Source: a virus (lineage: Duplodnaviria; Caudoviricetes). From it: a stretch of 64,000 nucleotides of DNA. Under the pieces are notes generated by a model, which saw nothing but the letters and a program-made list of their open reading frames with translations, made no database searches and was not told where the DNA came from. This document shows, one piece after another, positions 1-8,556 of the stretch (position 1 is its first letter; each line of letters starts with the position of its first letter). The stretch lies in the IMG/VR virus record IMGVR_UViG_3300049444_000051, positions 3,041 to 67,040 of that record, one strand, 5' to 3'. The translations under genes and the position numbers were made by a program.

Positions 1-1944
1 GTCCTGCAACAGCTTCCAGGTCAAGATATGCCCGGTTCCTATTGGCCAAAACCGCCTATTGCCGGTGTCGGATTTCAGGTAGATGCTTTCGTTTGTGGTG
101 GCGATGAATATTCCCCGCCGCTTCATATCGACCCTGATACGCCCATATGCTGGTCGCGCCCGGTCCTCTGTGCGGCTGGCAAATTGCTTTATGCGCTCCA
201 CGTCTGTGCGGCGCATGCCCGCCAGTTCCGCGATCTCATGCAGCCATACTCCACAGAAAGCCTCTTGCTGTTCCTTGTCGCCAGCCGCGAGGATATTCTG
301 GTCGGAGAAATTATCCTCACCCGCAAGAATCTTGATAGCCGTGGATTTGCCTGTTCCTTCCTTTCCTTCCCATACAACAATCTGGTCGAACTTGGTCCCT
401 GGGCACCTCGCACGCCTGACCGCAGCAATGAGCATCAGCCGTCCGAACTCGCGATTGAGTGGAGTATCCTTGGCCCCAAGGTAATCTATAACCCACCGCC
501 CTAGACGCTTTTTACCGTCCCATTTTTTCTGACAGGATTCTAAATAGTCGATGACAGGGTTAAACTGATTTTCTAAACATAACTGCAAGGCTGCATCGCG
601 CAGGTTTTTTTCCCCAGGATCAAAACCGTAAGCCCGCTTTACCATCTTGCGGATGACAAGGACCACGTCGTCCGACAGGTTACCGGCCCATTGCCCGATG
701 GCGTGCCCGCCTACCAGCATTTTCTCGTGAAACGTATCCTTGCTGCATATGATGCCTAATCCCCCTATGGCTTGCCCCGCGTTGGTAGTCGTCCCGCGCG
801 GATCGCCGTCCTTGTCCAGGTCGGTGAAATGTATATGAGGGGCTGCGTCAGCATGTCGCGGACCAAGAAACACATCGGCTGCTCCCGCGTGCCCGTTGAC
901 TTTCGCTCCTTCCTCGTTCATAAAACCCGGACCCCCTGCGGGAGCGTGATCACACGGGCTTGGGACGCCTAACCCGGCCGCAGGGGGTGAAATCTTTTTT
1001 GCCAGCCAGAACACCGTAGCACGGGTGATAGGCTTGCCCTCGTAACCAGCTTCATACTCTACCCATTTCCGCTCGCACACCCCCGCAGCTACATCCTCCC
1101 GGTATTCCCTTGCCGTCCGCGACCATGCTTTGAATAGTGACAGCCCGTCTGGCCCCGGATCGAACTCGTGTATGGCTGCGCCTACCTCGAACCATTGATC
1201 ATAGCCGCAGTCCGCAGGGATACACTTGAGAGCTTGCAGGAACTCGGCAATCTCGCTCTGCTGCTGGAGCGCTAGCGCCCGACCCACAAGCCGTCGTGGA
1301 TCGGGCGTCGTCTCAGGTCTTGTTTTGGATACGTTGTCAGTCGGCATCACCTCCCTTCGTCCCGCGCGCTCAAGCCAGTGGCCCTCAAGCCACGGCGGTA
1401 GATCCACGACCACGTCGCCAGGATTAGCCCACTGATATACGAACCCGGTCTTGGCATTGACCGAAGGCGGCATCACCACATAGCCGCCAGCCCCCTTGAG
1501 ATCGATCCCAGGATCGCCTTTGCGCTTGCGCTTGGCGTTATGCGAGCGCAGCGCCTGCTTTGCGTAGAAATAAAAATGCCAGCCATTGCTGGTCCTCACC
1601 GCTAAGGTGCGGGGCAAACCCCCATGCAATTTCGCAAGCGTCAGCAATTGCGCCAAGCCCTCGTCGCCATCGCAATCGATGACGACCAGCCACCTCTGAC
1701 TGGCATCCATCAGGGCGTTCACGCCCGTCTTAAACATACCAGTGTTTATGGGATTCCCGGTAGCGAGGCCGATGTTCCGGCTTCGTTCTAGAAAAGTTCC
1801 TGATTCTGGCCACCACGATTCAATAACTGCCGGATCGGTGGTCGCGTCCTTGAATCCGTGGGAACCCTTGAGGGGGGTTTTATAGCCTGTGAGGCGGAAA
1901 ACCGGCCAGCCGCGACCGGCATATTGTAGTGCGAACTCTCGCAT
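1..1944 (-). CDS. Primase-helicase: bifunctional Prim-Pol + PriCT-2 + VapE/VirE-like SF3 helicase (3' end outside window)
   Basis: Manual reverse-strand translation of both ends (absent from the ORF track because there is no stop in the window). Starts MREFALQYAGRGWPVFRL..KTPLKGSHGFKDATTD and contains GIDLKGAGGYVVMPPS and LKCIPADCGYDQWFEVGAAIH. Ends RRGIFIATTNESIYLKSDTGNRRFWP (VapE signature). Confidence 0.9.
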   Translation of the reverse strand, partial: MREFALQYAGRGWPVFRLTGYKTPLKGSHGFKDATTDPAVIESWWPESGTFLERSRNIGLATGNPINTGMFKTGVNALMDASQRWLVVIDCDGDEGLAQLLTLAKLHGGLPRTLAVRTSNGWHFYFYAKQALRSHNAKRKRKGDPGIDLKGAGGYVVMPPSVNAKTGFVYQWANPGDVVVDLPPWLEGHWLERAGRREVMPTDNVSKTRPETTPDPRRLVGRALALQQQSEIAEFLQALKCIPADCGYDQWFEVGAAIHEFDPGPDGLSLFKAWSRTAREYREDVAAGVCERKWVEYEAGYEGKPITRATVFWLAKKISPPAAGLGVPSPCDHAPAGGPGFMNEEGAKVNGHAGAADVFLGPRHADAAPHIHFTDLDKDGDPRGTTTNAGQAIGGLGIICSKDTFHEKMLVGGHAIGQWAGNLSDDVVLVIRKMVKRAYGFDPGEKNLRDAALQLCLENQFNPVIDYLESCQKKWDGKKRLGRWVIDYLGAKDTPLNREFGRLMLIAAVRRARCPGTKFDQIVVWEGKEGTGKSTAIKILAGEDNFSDQNILAAGDKEQQEAFCGVWLHEIAELAGMRRTDVERIKQFASRTEDRARPAYGRIRVDMKRRGIFIATTNESIYLKSDTGNRRFWPIGTGHILTWKLLQD

Positions 1945-2068
1945 ATTTTTTGGCCCTTGCGTTGGTTTGCAAGCGGCCCTACCAGGGAGAGTATTGACGC
2001 AGCCTTGTAAAACTGTTAGGTGCGTCAGGCTTTCTTGGTGACTGGCCTCCCCAAAGAGGACCGCCTTG

Positions 2069-2107
2069 CGCCCCGCCAAAGTTCCATCTGGCGGGGCGTT
2101 TCTTTTT
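2069..2107 (+). terminator. Intrinsic terminator-like hairpin
   Basis: cgccccgcca-aagttccatc-tggcggggcg (10-bp stem) followed by tttcttttt. Confidence 0.6.
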
Positions 2108-2285
2108 AGTGATAAGCTCTCGCGGATCGGGCGTTACACAGGAGCATAACCCTCCCCCGATGGAAGGCGGCTGATCAGGCCGCGAAGCTACGCCGCCGCG
2201 AGGGTCGAGAGACTGCCCCCGGCTGTCATCGAAAGTCAACACGTTTGTCCGATAGCTGCCATATAGTACAGCGGCTTATAGTTAA

Positions 2286-2450
2286 TTACTTTCCGACTTC
2301 AATTAGCCAGGATGAAACAGGCCCGGTGTCGGGACGCTGCTTTACGTATTCCACAACTGCCAGCGCACATTCATTATATGCGACATCGGCCTGCTTCGCT
2401 TCGCCGTACACGCGCGGAACTCCAGCTTTGTCATATCCGACGTATTGCAT
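2286..2450 (-). CDS. Small hypothetical protein (54 aa, MQYVGYDKAGVPRVYGE...)
   Basis: Manual translation; strong AGGAGA RBS upstream. Confidence 0.65.
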   Translation of the reverse strand: MQYVGYDKAGVPRVYGEAKQADVAYNECALAVVEYVKQRPDTGPVSSWLIEVGK

Positions 2451-2462
2451 TTTTCGATTCTC

Positions 2463-2660
2463 CTAGCCTTCAATCTTACTGCATCGTGATTCGATCCGCT
2501 GCACAACGTGATCGGCGGCGTTGTACGCTTCACGGTCAGCCTGTCGGAACCGTCCACTGACGGATTTCCCTGTTACCAGATTGCGAGCGTAGCTTTCTTG
2601 CATGCCCTGTGTTTCTTCCAAAATGATAACCATTAGATCGTGACGCAGTTCTTCCGTCAT
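2463..2660 (-). CDS. Small hypothetical protein
   Basis: ORF track; RBS AAGGGAG upstream. Confidence 0.65.
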   Translation of the reverse strand: MTEELRHDLMVIILEETQGMQESYARNLVTGKSVSGRFRQADREAYNAADHVVQRIESRCSKIEG

Positions 2661-2760
2661 TTCTAATCTCCCTTTTACAAAACCATCCTACCAAATTAAA
2701 TTCGGTTTTGTAAAGAGTACAATTATCACGATGTTGTGATCGTTGAATCTGTTGGGAGGG

Positions 2761-2789
2761 TTGACTGGTTTTGGGAGCGGGTGTACTCT
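2761..2789 (+). promoter_or_regulatory. Sigma70-like early promoter
   Basis: TTGACT-N17-TACTCT directly upstream of the rightward operon. Confidence 0.7.
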
Positions 2790-2813
2790 ATGCAAACAGA
2801 AGGGGAATCCCAA

Positions 2814-3002
2814 ATGATGCTTGACCGTGCAGATATGCGCTTTTGTATTGAGGGCGACTCGCGTTGCTATTATGTTGTCGATAAAGTTTTGTATCGTCGG
2901 GTGGCAAAATATGCATACCTGCAACAGGCTGACAGCATTGCAGCCTACAACAAAGCGAGGGACGATATGATCTCGCGTAATATAAAGGAAGGGTACGAAT
3001 GA
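2814..3002 (+). CDS. Hypothetical protein
   Basis: ORF track with start moved to the ATG after the GGGGAA RBS. Confidence 0.6.
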   Translation: MMLDRADMRFCIEGDSRCYYVVDKVLYRRVAKYAYLQQADSIAAYNKARDDMISRNIKEGYE

Positions 3003-3098
3003 CCCGCGCCATCCACATCTTCCTCGACGCCCTCACCCTCTCCACTTTCTTCGGAGCATCGTTCTTGCTGGTTTTTCTGTTGATGGGAGCTATTTGAA

Positions 3099-3317
3099 AT
3101 GCCGAAAGCCCCGATTGTCGCTGCCAGTGCAACCCTTGGCAAACGTACCGTAGGTTGTCAGTTAGAAGCTGATGACTATGTTGCCCTTTGCGAGGAAGCT
3201 GAGGCGCGGAAAATAGCTCCTGGTACACTGATTCGTCAAATCCTCACGCGCCTGTCACAACAGCCGAATTTAATTAACACTGTTCTTGGTTGGAGGATTG
3301 ATGACCGAGCACCTTAA
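3099..3317 (+). CDS. Small putative DNA-binding protein (ribbon-helix-helix-like)
   Basis: VGCQLEADDYVALCEEAEARKIAPGTLIRQIL resembles a strand-helix-helix pattern. Confidence 0.45.
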   Translation: MPKAPIVAASATLGKRTVGCQLEADDYVALCEEAEARKIAPGTLIRQILTRLSQQPNLINTVLGWRIDDRAP

Positions 3318-3558
3318 AGCAAAATCCTGGCGCGAGCGACATTCCCTCACGGTTGCCGATCTCAGCGAGCTGACCGGCTACAGCCCCGAAGCGATCTACT
3401 GCTTCGAGCGCGGACTTACAGCCTCGCGCACCCGCGCTGGCAGCAAGAAAAAGCGTGACTATGCCCCTGGCCCGATTCCGGAGGAGGTGTGGTTCCGGTA
3501 TAAAAGGATCTGTCAGGGCGTCCAAGCACATCTGGATGGAAGGAAGTTCCAATGGTAG
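3301..3558 (+). CDS. XRE-family helix-turn-helix protein
   Basis: LKSWRERHSLTVADLSELTGYSPEAIYCFERG-type HTH_3 pattern. Confidence 0.75.
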   Translation: MTEHLKAKSWRERHSLTVADLSELTGYSPEAIYCFERGLTASRTRAGSKKKRDYAPGPIPEEVWFRYKRICQGVQAHLDGRKFQW

Positions 3559-3950
3559 AGTATAAGAAATTATCGGATGGCGTGTACTGGAAATGCAAAC
3601 GAGGGCCATGTTCCAGCCCATCCAAATGTATGCGGGCTGAAGCGTGTTTGCTTCCGGAGGAAGTTCCAATGGTAAAGTGGGCATCGCCCATCATGGACCT
3701 GTTGCGGAGAGAATCGCGTTCAAAAACAAAACAAGACATTGATGATGGATATTATCCTGTTTATTACTTTTACTCAGCAGACCTCCTGAAAAGGATGGAA
3801 GAAGAATTGCGATTTTTCATGCATGTACATGGGGCGTCATCTTCCTTACCAAGAGTGAAAGCTCTTGTCATGATTGAAAAAGAATTGATAAGACGTGACA
3901 GAGCCCGATTGGAGCTTAACAGTAAAAACTTCTTGCAGGAGAGTGGTTGA
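3552..3950 (+). CDS. Hypothetical protein
   Basis: ORF track; coupled to its neighbours. Confidence 0.55.
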   Translation: MVEYKKLSDGVYWKCKRGPCSSPSKCMRAEACLLPEEVPMVKWASPIMDLLRRESRSKTKQDIDDGYYPVYYFYSADLLKRMEEELRFFMHVHGASSSLPRVKALVMIEKELIRRDRARLELNSKNFLQESG

Positions 3951-3951
3951 C

Positions 3952-4257
3952 ATGGCAACGACGACGCTATGCCCGCATTGCCATCAGCCATACTCTACCG
4001 AGCGGCTGGGTATACGCATCTCGCCGCTCAAGGCGAGGATCATCGACATCGTCAAGGCGGCTGGCGATGTCGGCATCAGCCCGCGCGAGTTGCAACGCGA
4101 TTTACAGCATGACTTCAGGCACGAGCGCACGATGCTGACCATGCGCGCACACAGGAGGCAGATCAACGACCAGCTTGAGGAAACCGACTGGGAGATCGCT
4201 ACGACCTGGGGTCCCAACGCACACTGGTTCATGCGGCGTAGGAAGGTGACGAAATGA
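3952..4257 (+). CDS. Putative winged-helix DNA-binding protein with N-terminal CxxC
   Basis: CPHCHQ plus ARIIDIVKAAGDVGISPRELQ. Confidence 0.55.
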   Translation: MATTTLCPHCHQPYSTERLGIRISPLKARIIDIVKAAGDVGISPRELQRDLQHDFRHERTMLTMRAHRRQINDQLEETDWEIATTWGPNAHWFMRRRKVTK

Positions 4258-4426
4258 AAGTATATGTCGTTATACAGCATGTTAGCTTGTCGGCAAGTAT
4301 TTGGCCTGAAGTTTTCAGGACTGAGAAAGCCGCAGAAAAGCTTTGTGTTGCCATGAATAAAGATACAGATGGGTTCTTTGAATTTGTCGAGTGTGAACTG
4401 GCTGATGAGCCAACTGGAGAAATACC

Positions 4427-4612
4427 ATGAAAGGTGTTGCTCACACGGTGTGGTTAGATGTTTGCGCGCCTCTGGGTACGATCCATGAGGGCGTAGCCAT
4501 AGCCAACTGTGACGATGACTTCTATTATTGTCTGTTTGAAACGCGGCAAGAACTAGAAAGTTTCATTACGGAATTGCGTGCTGCGGCTGATGAAAAGTGG
4601 GGTCAGCCATGA
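4427..4612 (+). CDS. Hypothetical protein
   Basis: ORF track; ATGA overlaps with neighbours. Confidence 0.6.
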   Translation: MKGVAHTVWLDVCAPLGTIHEGVAIANCDDDFYYCLFETRQELESFITELRAAADEKWGQP

Positions 4613-4980
4613 AAGTCCTTGTTTGCGGCGGGCGGGATTTCACGGATCGTAACAGGCTGTTCACGCGCTTGGATGAACTGAAATCGAGTTCATTCAGGCC
4701 ATTTAGCCTGATAATTCACGGTGCGTGTATGATCAGAGGAAGGCTAAGTGGGGTAGATGCTCTCGCAGAAGAATGGGCGATTCATAACGAGTTGCCGTAC
4801 ATCGGTGTACCGGCGTTATGGAGCGCCCAAGGAAAAGGCGCTGGGCCAATTCGTAATCAGCTCATAGTCGATAGTGAATTGATACGCCCCGATATCTGCG
4901 TAGCATTTCCAGGTGGCAGAGGTACCGCCGATATGGTACGACGCTGCATGGCGGCCGGAATTTCGGTTTTGGAAGGTTAG
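4609..4980 (+). CDS. DUF2493 / YspA-like SLOG-family protein
   Basis: MKVLVCGGRDF...IIHGA...GVDALAEEWA...AGPIRNQ...CVAFPGGRGTADMVRR. Confidence 0.85.
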   Translation: MKVLVCGGRDFTDRNRLFTRLDELKSSSFRPFSLIIHGACMIRGRLSGVDALAEEWAIHNELPYIGVPALWSAQGKGAGPIRNQLIVDSELIRPDICVAFPGGRGTADMVRRCMAAGISVLEG

Positions 4981-4983
4981 AAA

Positions 4984-6801
4984 ATGAGGTTTATTGTCCT
5001 AGACTTTGAGTCCTATTTCAGTGATGATTTCACGTTGAAAAAGATGTCCACCGAAAATTATATACGCGATCCTCGCTTCAAGGCCCACGGCGCTGCGATC
5101 AAGTGGTCGCCTCAACACCATGCAAAATGGTATGACGAGAAAGAGCTAAGGTTCGTTCTAAAACAGGAGGATTGGTCCGATGTTTTCATCATACACCATC
5201 ACAGCCAATTTGACGGTCTTATATTATCCCATTGCTACGACGTACATCCCAAAATGTTTGGCTGCACCTTGTCGATGGCCCGGTTACTGCTTGGGAACCA
5301 CCTGTCTGTGTCCCTCGATGCCGTCCGTAAACATTTCAATATCCCCGCTAAGTCAACGCCCTACAACTTATTCCAAGGAAAACAATGGAACGAGATCGAC
5401 CCAGATGCGCGGCACCTGATCGCTGAAGGAGCTTGCGACGAGGTGGAATCGATCTGGAACATATTCTGCAATTTCATGCACTCTGGGTTTCCTCGTGAAG
5501 AGCTTTACGTCATTGATGTAACGATTCGTATGTTTACCGAGCCAGTACTGCGCGCCGATATCCCGCTTTTAGCAAAAGTCTGGCAGGACGAGAACACCCG
5601 TAAGCAAGAGCGTCTGGCGGAACTCAACGTCACCAAGGAACAACTACAATCGGACAATAAGTTTGCTGAGCTACTGAAGGCCGAAGGCGTCGAGCCGCCT
5701 ACTAAAATATCTCCTAAAACTGGTAAGGACGCATGGGCTTTTGCCAAGACGGATCAAGGGATGCGCGACTTGCTAGAATGCGACGACGAGCGTCTCAGGA
5801 CGCTAGCAGAGGCCAGGATCGGCCAAAAAAGCACGTTCCTTCAAACGCGCGCCGAGACGCTTGGCTTTATGGCGCGTCGAGGCGCGATGCCGGTTTATTT
5901 ATCCTACTGCGGCGCTCATACAACTAGGTGGAGTGGCGGCGATAAGTGCAATTGGCAGAATTTCAAGCGGGGATCGGACATCCGCAAGGCCATATTGCCG
6001 CCTGAAGGATTTTATTTTGGCATCATCGATCTAGCCCAGATCGAGTACCGCATCCTTTGCTGGCTCGCTGGCGAGGAGGAAGCGCTACAGGAACTCAGAG
6101 ATGGAGGCGACCCATATGTGGAACTTGCTAGTGAGGTTTATGGATTTCGCGTTACCAAAGACCATATGGCCGAGCGAGGCACTGGAAAACAACTCAAGCT
6201 TTCTTGTGGGTACCAAGCCGGTGCCGCCACCATCCAGCGCACCGCCCGCTTAGGGATCTACGGCCCCCCTGTGAAAATTTCTATCGAAGAAGCCGAGCGT
6301 TGGAAAAATATCTATCGGCAACGCATGGTCAAGACTGTCCAGTACTGGCGCGAAGCCGGACGCATGATTGCCAGGATCGCTGGTGGGGAACCCGTGCAGT
6401 GGGGTCCAGGCTGGATCAAAGACGGAAAATTGTACGGACCCAACAATTGTGCTTTACAATACCCCAATATTGAGTATCATGTAGATAACGAAACTGGTGA
6501 CAGATTCTGGCGCTACCGGAACCGGCATGGCTGGACGAAGCTATATTCGGGCAAGCTCGTTGAAAACTATGTGCAATTCCTTGCCCGTATCGTGCTGTCG
6601 CAAGCCATGATAAGAATCTCCCGGCTAGGCTACCGCGTGGTCAACACCACCCACGACGAGCTGCTTTTGCTGATTCCCAAGGACGGGAAGGAACAACAGC
6701 ATCTGGAAATATGCGAAGCCGAGATGCGCAGGGAACCGGAATGGCTATCAGGAATACCATTAGACGTGGAAAGCTCGTTAGCGGAGAGATACAGCAAATG
6801 A
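4984..6801 (+). CDS. Family A DNA polymerase with N-terminal 3'-5' exonuclease
   Basis: LDFES exonuclease motif; motif A DLAQIEYR, motif B RGTGKQLKLSCGY, motif C THDE. Confidence 0.92.
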   Translation: MRFIVLDFESYFSDDFTLKKMSTENYIRDPRFKAHGAAIKWSPQHHAKWYDEKELRFVLKQEDWSDVFIIHHHSQFDGLILSHCYDVHPKMFGCTLSMARLLLGNHLSVSLDAVRKHFNIPAKSTPYNLFQGKQWNEIDPDARHLIAEGACDEVESIWNIFCNFMHSGFPREELYVIDVTIRMFTEPVLRADIPLLAKVWQDENTRKQERLAELNVTKEQLQSDNKFAELLKAEGVEPPTKISPKTGKDAWAFAKTDQGMRDLLECDDERLRTLAEARIGQKSTFLQTRAETLGFMARRGAMPVYLSYCGAHTTRWSGGDKCNWQNFKRGSDIRKAILPPEGFYFGIIDLAQIEYRILCWLAGEEEALQELRDGGDPYVELASEVYGFRVTKDHMAERGTGKQLKLSCGYQAGAATIQRTARLGIYGPPVKISIEEAERWKNIYRQRMVKTVQYWREAGRMIARIAGGEPVQWGPGWIKDGKLYGPNNCALQYPNIEYHVDNETGDRFWRYRNRHGWTKLYSGKLVENYVQFLARIVLSQAMIRISRLGYRVVNTTHDELLLLIPKDGKEQQHLEICEAEMRREPEWLSGIPLDVESSLAERYSK

Positions 6802-7445
6802 CCTCCGATGATCCAGAAGCCGAATGGGAAGCGCAAAAAGAGGTCGCATGGGCAGCGGGGGAATGGGCATCGGCCGAAGAATGTGAAAGGGCCGCCAAAG
6901 AGACCTCTGATGCAGAAGATATAAGATGGGAAGCCGAAGAACGCGCAGCCTTTGTTGCGAAACATTTTCCACCTAAACCAGAAGGAACCCAGCAAATGAC
7001 CGACGTAAACGACATCTTCAGCCTGTCCGATCCGCCCGTTGTAGCTCCTGCCCCGGTTGCCGCTCCCGCAACGGGCAACGGACGCCGCAAGCGTGCCGCC
7101 AGCGGCAATGGCGAGACTGCACCCGTGAAGCGCGGAGGCCGCCCGAAGGGGTCCAAGAATAAGCCCAGGGATGCTACCGGGCTCATGCCCAACCCGGTTT
7201 CAGCACCTGCAAAGCGCCGTGGACGCCCGAAGGGTTACAGCCCCAAACGCGCCGCCGCTCCTACGCCATCCGCATCTATCGGCAACGGTCCCGTGAAAAT
7301 AGACCTGTCGGTCGCCTTGGCTGTCTTCACGAGCCTCAAGACGGAAGATGTTACCCTCACTTCCAAGCTCGTGCAGGTGTTGTCCGGCATCGACAAGGAC
7401 TCGCGCACCCGCATCCTCGAAGCCGTGGGCAAGGTGTTTGCATGA
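6798..7445 (+). CDS. AT-hook protein with acidic N-terminus (second in-frame start at 6996)
   Basis: KRGGRPKGSKNK and KRRGRPKG motifs; GAAGGA RBS before ATG 6996. Confidence 0.7.
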   Translation: MTSDDPEAEWEAQKEVAWAAGEWASAEECERAAKETSDAEDIRWEAEERAAFVAKHFPPKPEGTQQMTDVNDIFSLSDPPVVAPAPVAAPATGNGRRKRAASGNGETAPVKRGGRPKGSKNKPRDATGLMPNPVSAPAKRRGRPKGYSPKRAAAPTPSASIGNGPVKIDLSVALAVFTSLKTEDVTLTSKLVQVLSGIDKDSRTRILEAVGKVFA

Positions 7446-7675
7446 ACGTGCAAACCGAGATTCACAATCGCGTAGCTGGTGAGGTTGTCAAGGCCATAAT
7501 AAAACCTACGCTGGCCGCTGGCGGGCAATTCAGCGACGTGCTTGTTATCTTGGAAAGCGTTGTATTGGGAGTGATGCTGATGGCGAAGCCGTTAGGGTGG
7601 AAGGGTGGAAGTAACGAAGTTCTGGATGAACTCGTCCTACACGTCAAAAAACGACTTGCCAGAGAAACAACATGA
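7442..7675 (+). CDS. Hypothetical protein
   Basis: ORF track; ATGA coupling. Confidence 0.65.
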   Translation: MNVQTEIHNRVAGEVVKAIIKPTLAAGGQFSDVLVILESVVLGVMLMAKPLGWKGGSNEVLDELVLHVKKRLARETT

Positions 7676-7899
7676 GACACTCCGAGATCGACAAGCGATC
7701 CAAGCGCAACGCACCTAAACAGTGCGTTGCCGACCATGGGATGCACAAGGACGCTACCACGTTTATAATTACCACAGCGCACCCCCCTTCAAAAGTCAGT
7801 ATCGATAGACGCGTCTGGCCTGTTGTAGCGTTTACTCGTTGGCCAGACCTGTGCGATGACGTGATGCGGCGACGTACTGAACGGGATCGGGACGAATGA
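7672..7899 (+). CDS. Hypothetical protein
   Basis: ORF track; ATGA coupling. Confidence 0.55.
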   Translation: MRHSEIDKRSKRNAPKQCVADHGMHKDATTFIITTAHPPSKVSIDRRVWPVVAFTRWPDLCDDVMRRRTERDRDE

Positions 7900-8186
7900 C
7901 AAACGCAGAATTAATCGCGCGTTTACAGACGCTCGATCCTAACTACCCCGTGATGCTCGAATGCGAGGATTGCTATTATAGCGGTCCTCTTACGAAGGAC
8001 GCAGTTGAACTCGGGGTGGTGTATCGTTATGAAAGCTATACATCCACGATGACAGAAGATGCTTATGGCAAGAAGCTGCTTAAACCTATCACCTATGTTA
8101 TTGAAGGTGATTGGAGAACGGACCCGCCTAGTAGCGTACCTATAGTAGAAGAGAAGCCGTGCATCGTTATTTATGTAGGTCGCTAG
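7896..8186 (+). CDS. Hypothetical protein
   Basis: ORF track; ATGA coupling. Confidence 0.65.
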   Translation: MTNAELIARLQTLDPNYPVMLECEDCYYSGPLTKDAVELGVVYRYESYTSTMTEDAYGKKLLKPITYVIEGDWRTDPPSSVPIVEEKPCIVIYVGR

Positions 8187-8331
8187 CATGAGCGACGTTC
8201 ACAAGCAGTGGCTATACTCTTGGCGCGAAGTTAAGCAAGCATGGTGGCATGGTTTTGTGGTCGGAGCTATGACAGCAAGTTTGGTGTGGATGATGATTTG
8301 GTTGTCCTTAATAAAATAGGAAAGCCGTACG

Positions 8332-8556
8332 ATGACAATTGACACCACCGACCGTGGTAGCGTGTACGGAGTTTATTGCAAACTGACCGGCGAGCAGATA
8401 GCTACAGTGCGCCATAGTACCAACAGCGGTAGCTGCAAATGCTTATCCAAGGACAAGTGCGAGCTGAAAAATAAGCGCTATCTCGCAGGCAACGGCGAAT
8501 TTCTCCCGAAAGGGTCTGCCGGAACCTCGATTATAAACGACGGCAGGCCAGTATGA
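8332..8556 (+). CDS. Small Cys-containing hypothetical protein
   Basis: ORF track; N-terminus resembles that of the next gene. Confidence 0.55.
   Translation: MTIDTTDRGSVYGVYCKLTGEQIATVRHSTNSGSCKCLSKDKCELKNKRYLAGNGEFLPKGSAGTSIINDGRPV

Noticed and set aside
28-504. 158-aa + strand ORF and other ORF-track calls within 1-1944
   Set aside because: They are antisense shadows of the primase-helicase, which has clear motifs on the minus strand
2030-2100. C4/CI-type antisense RNA of P1/P4-like elements
   Set aside because: Only a loose resemblance by eye; kept as a generic structured leader
6711-6797. Upstream start of the AT-hook ORF given by the track
   Set aside because: It lies inside the polymerase gene; ATG 6798 overlapping the pol stop is more plausible
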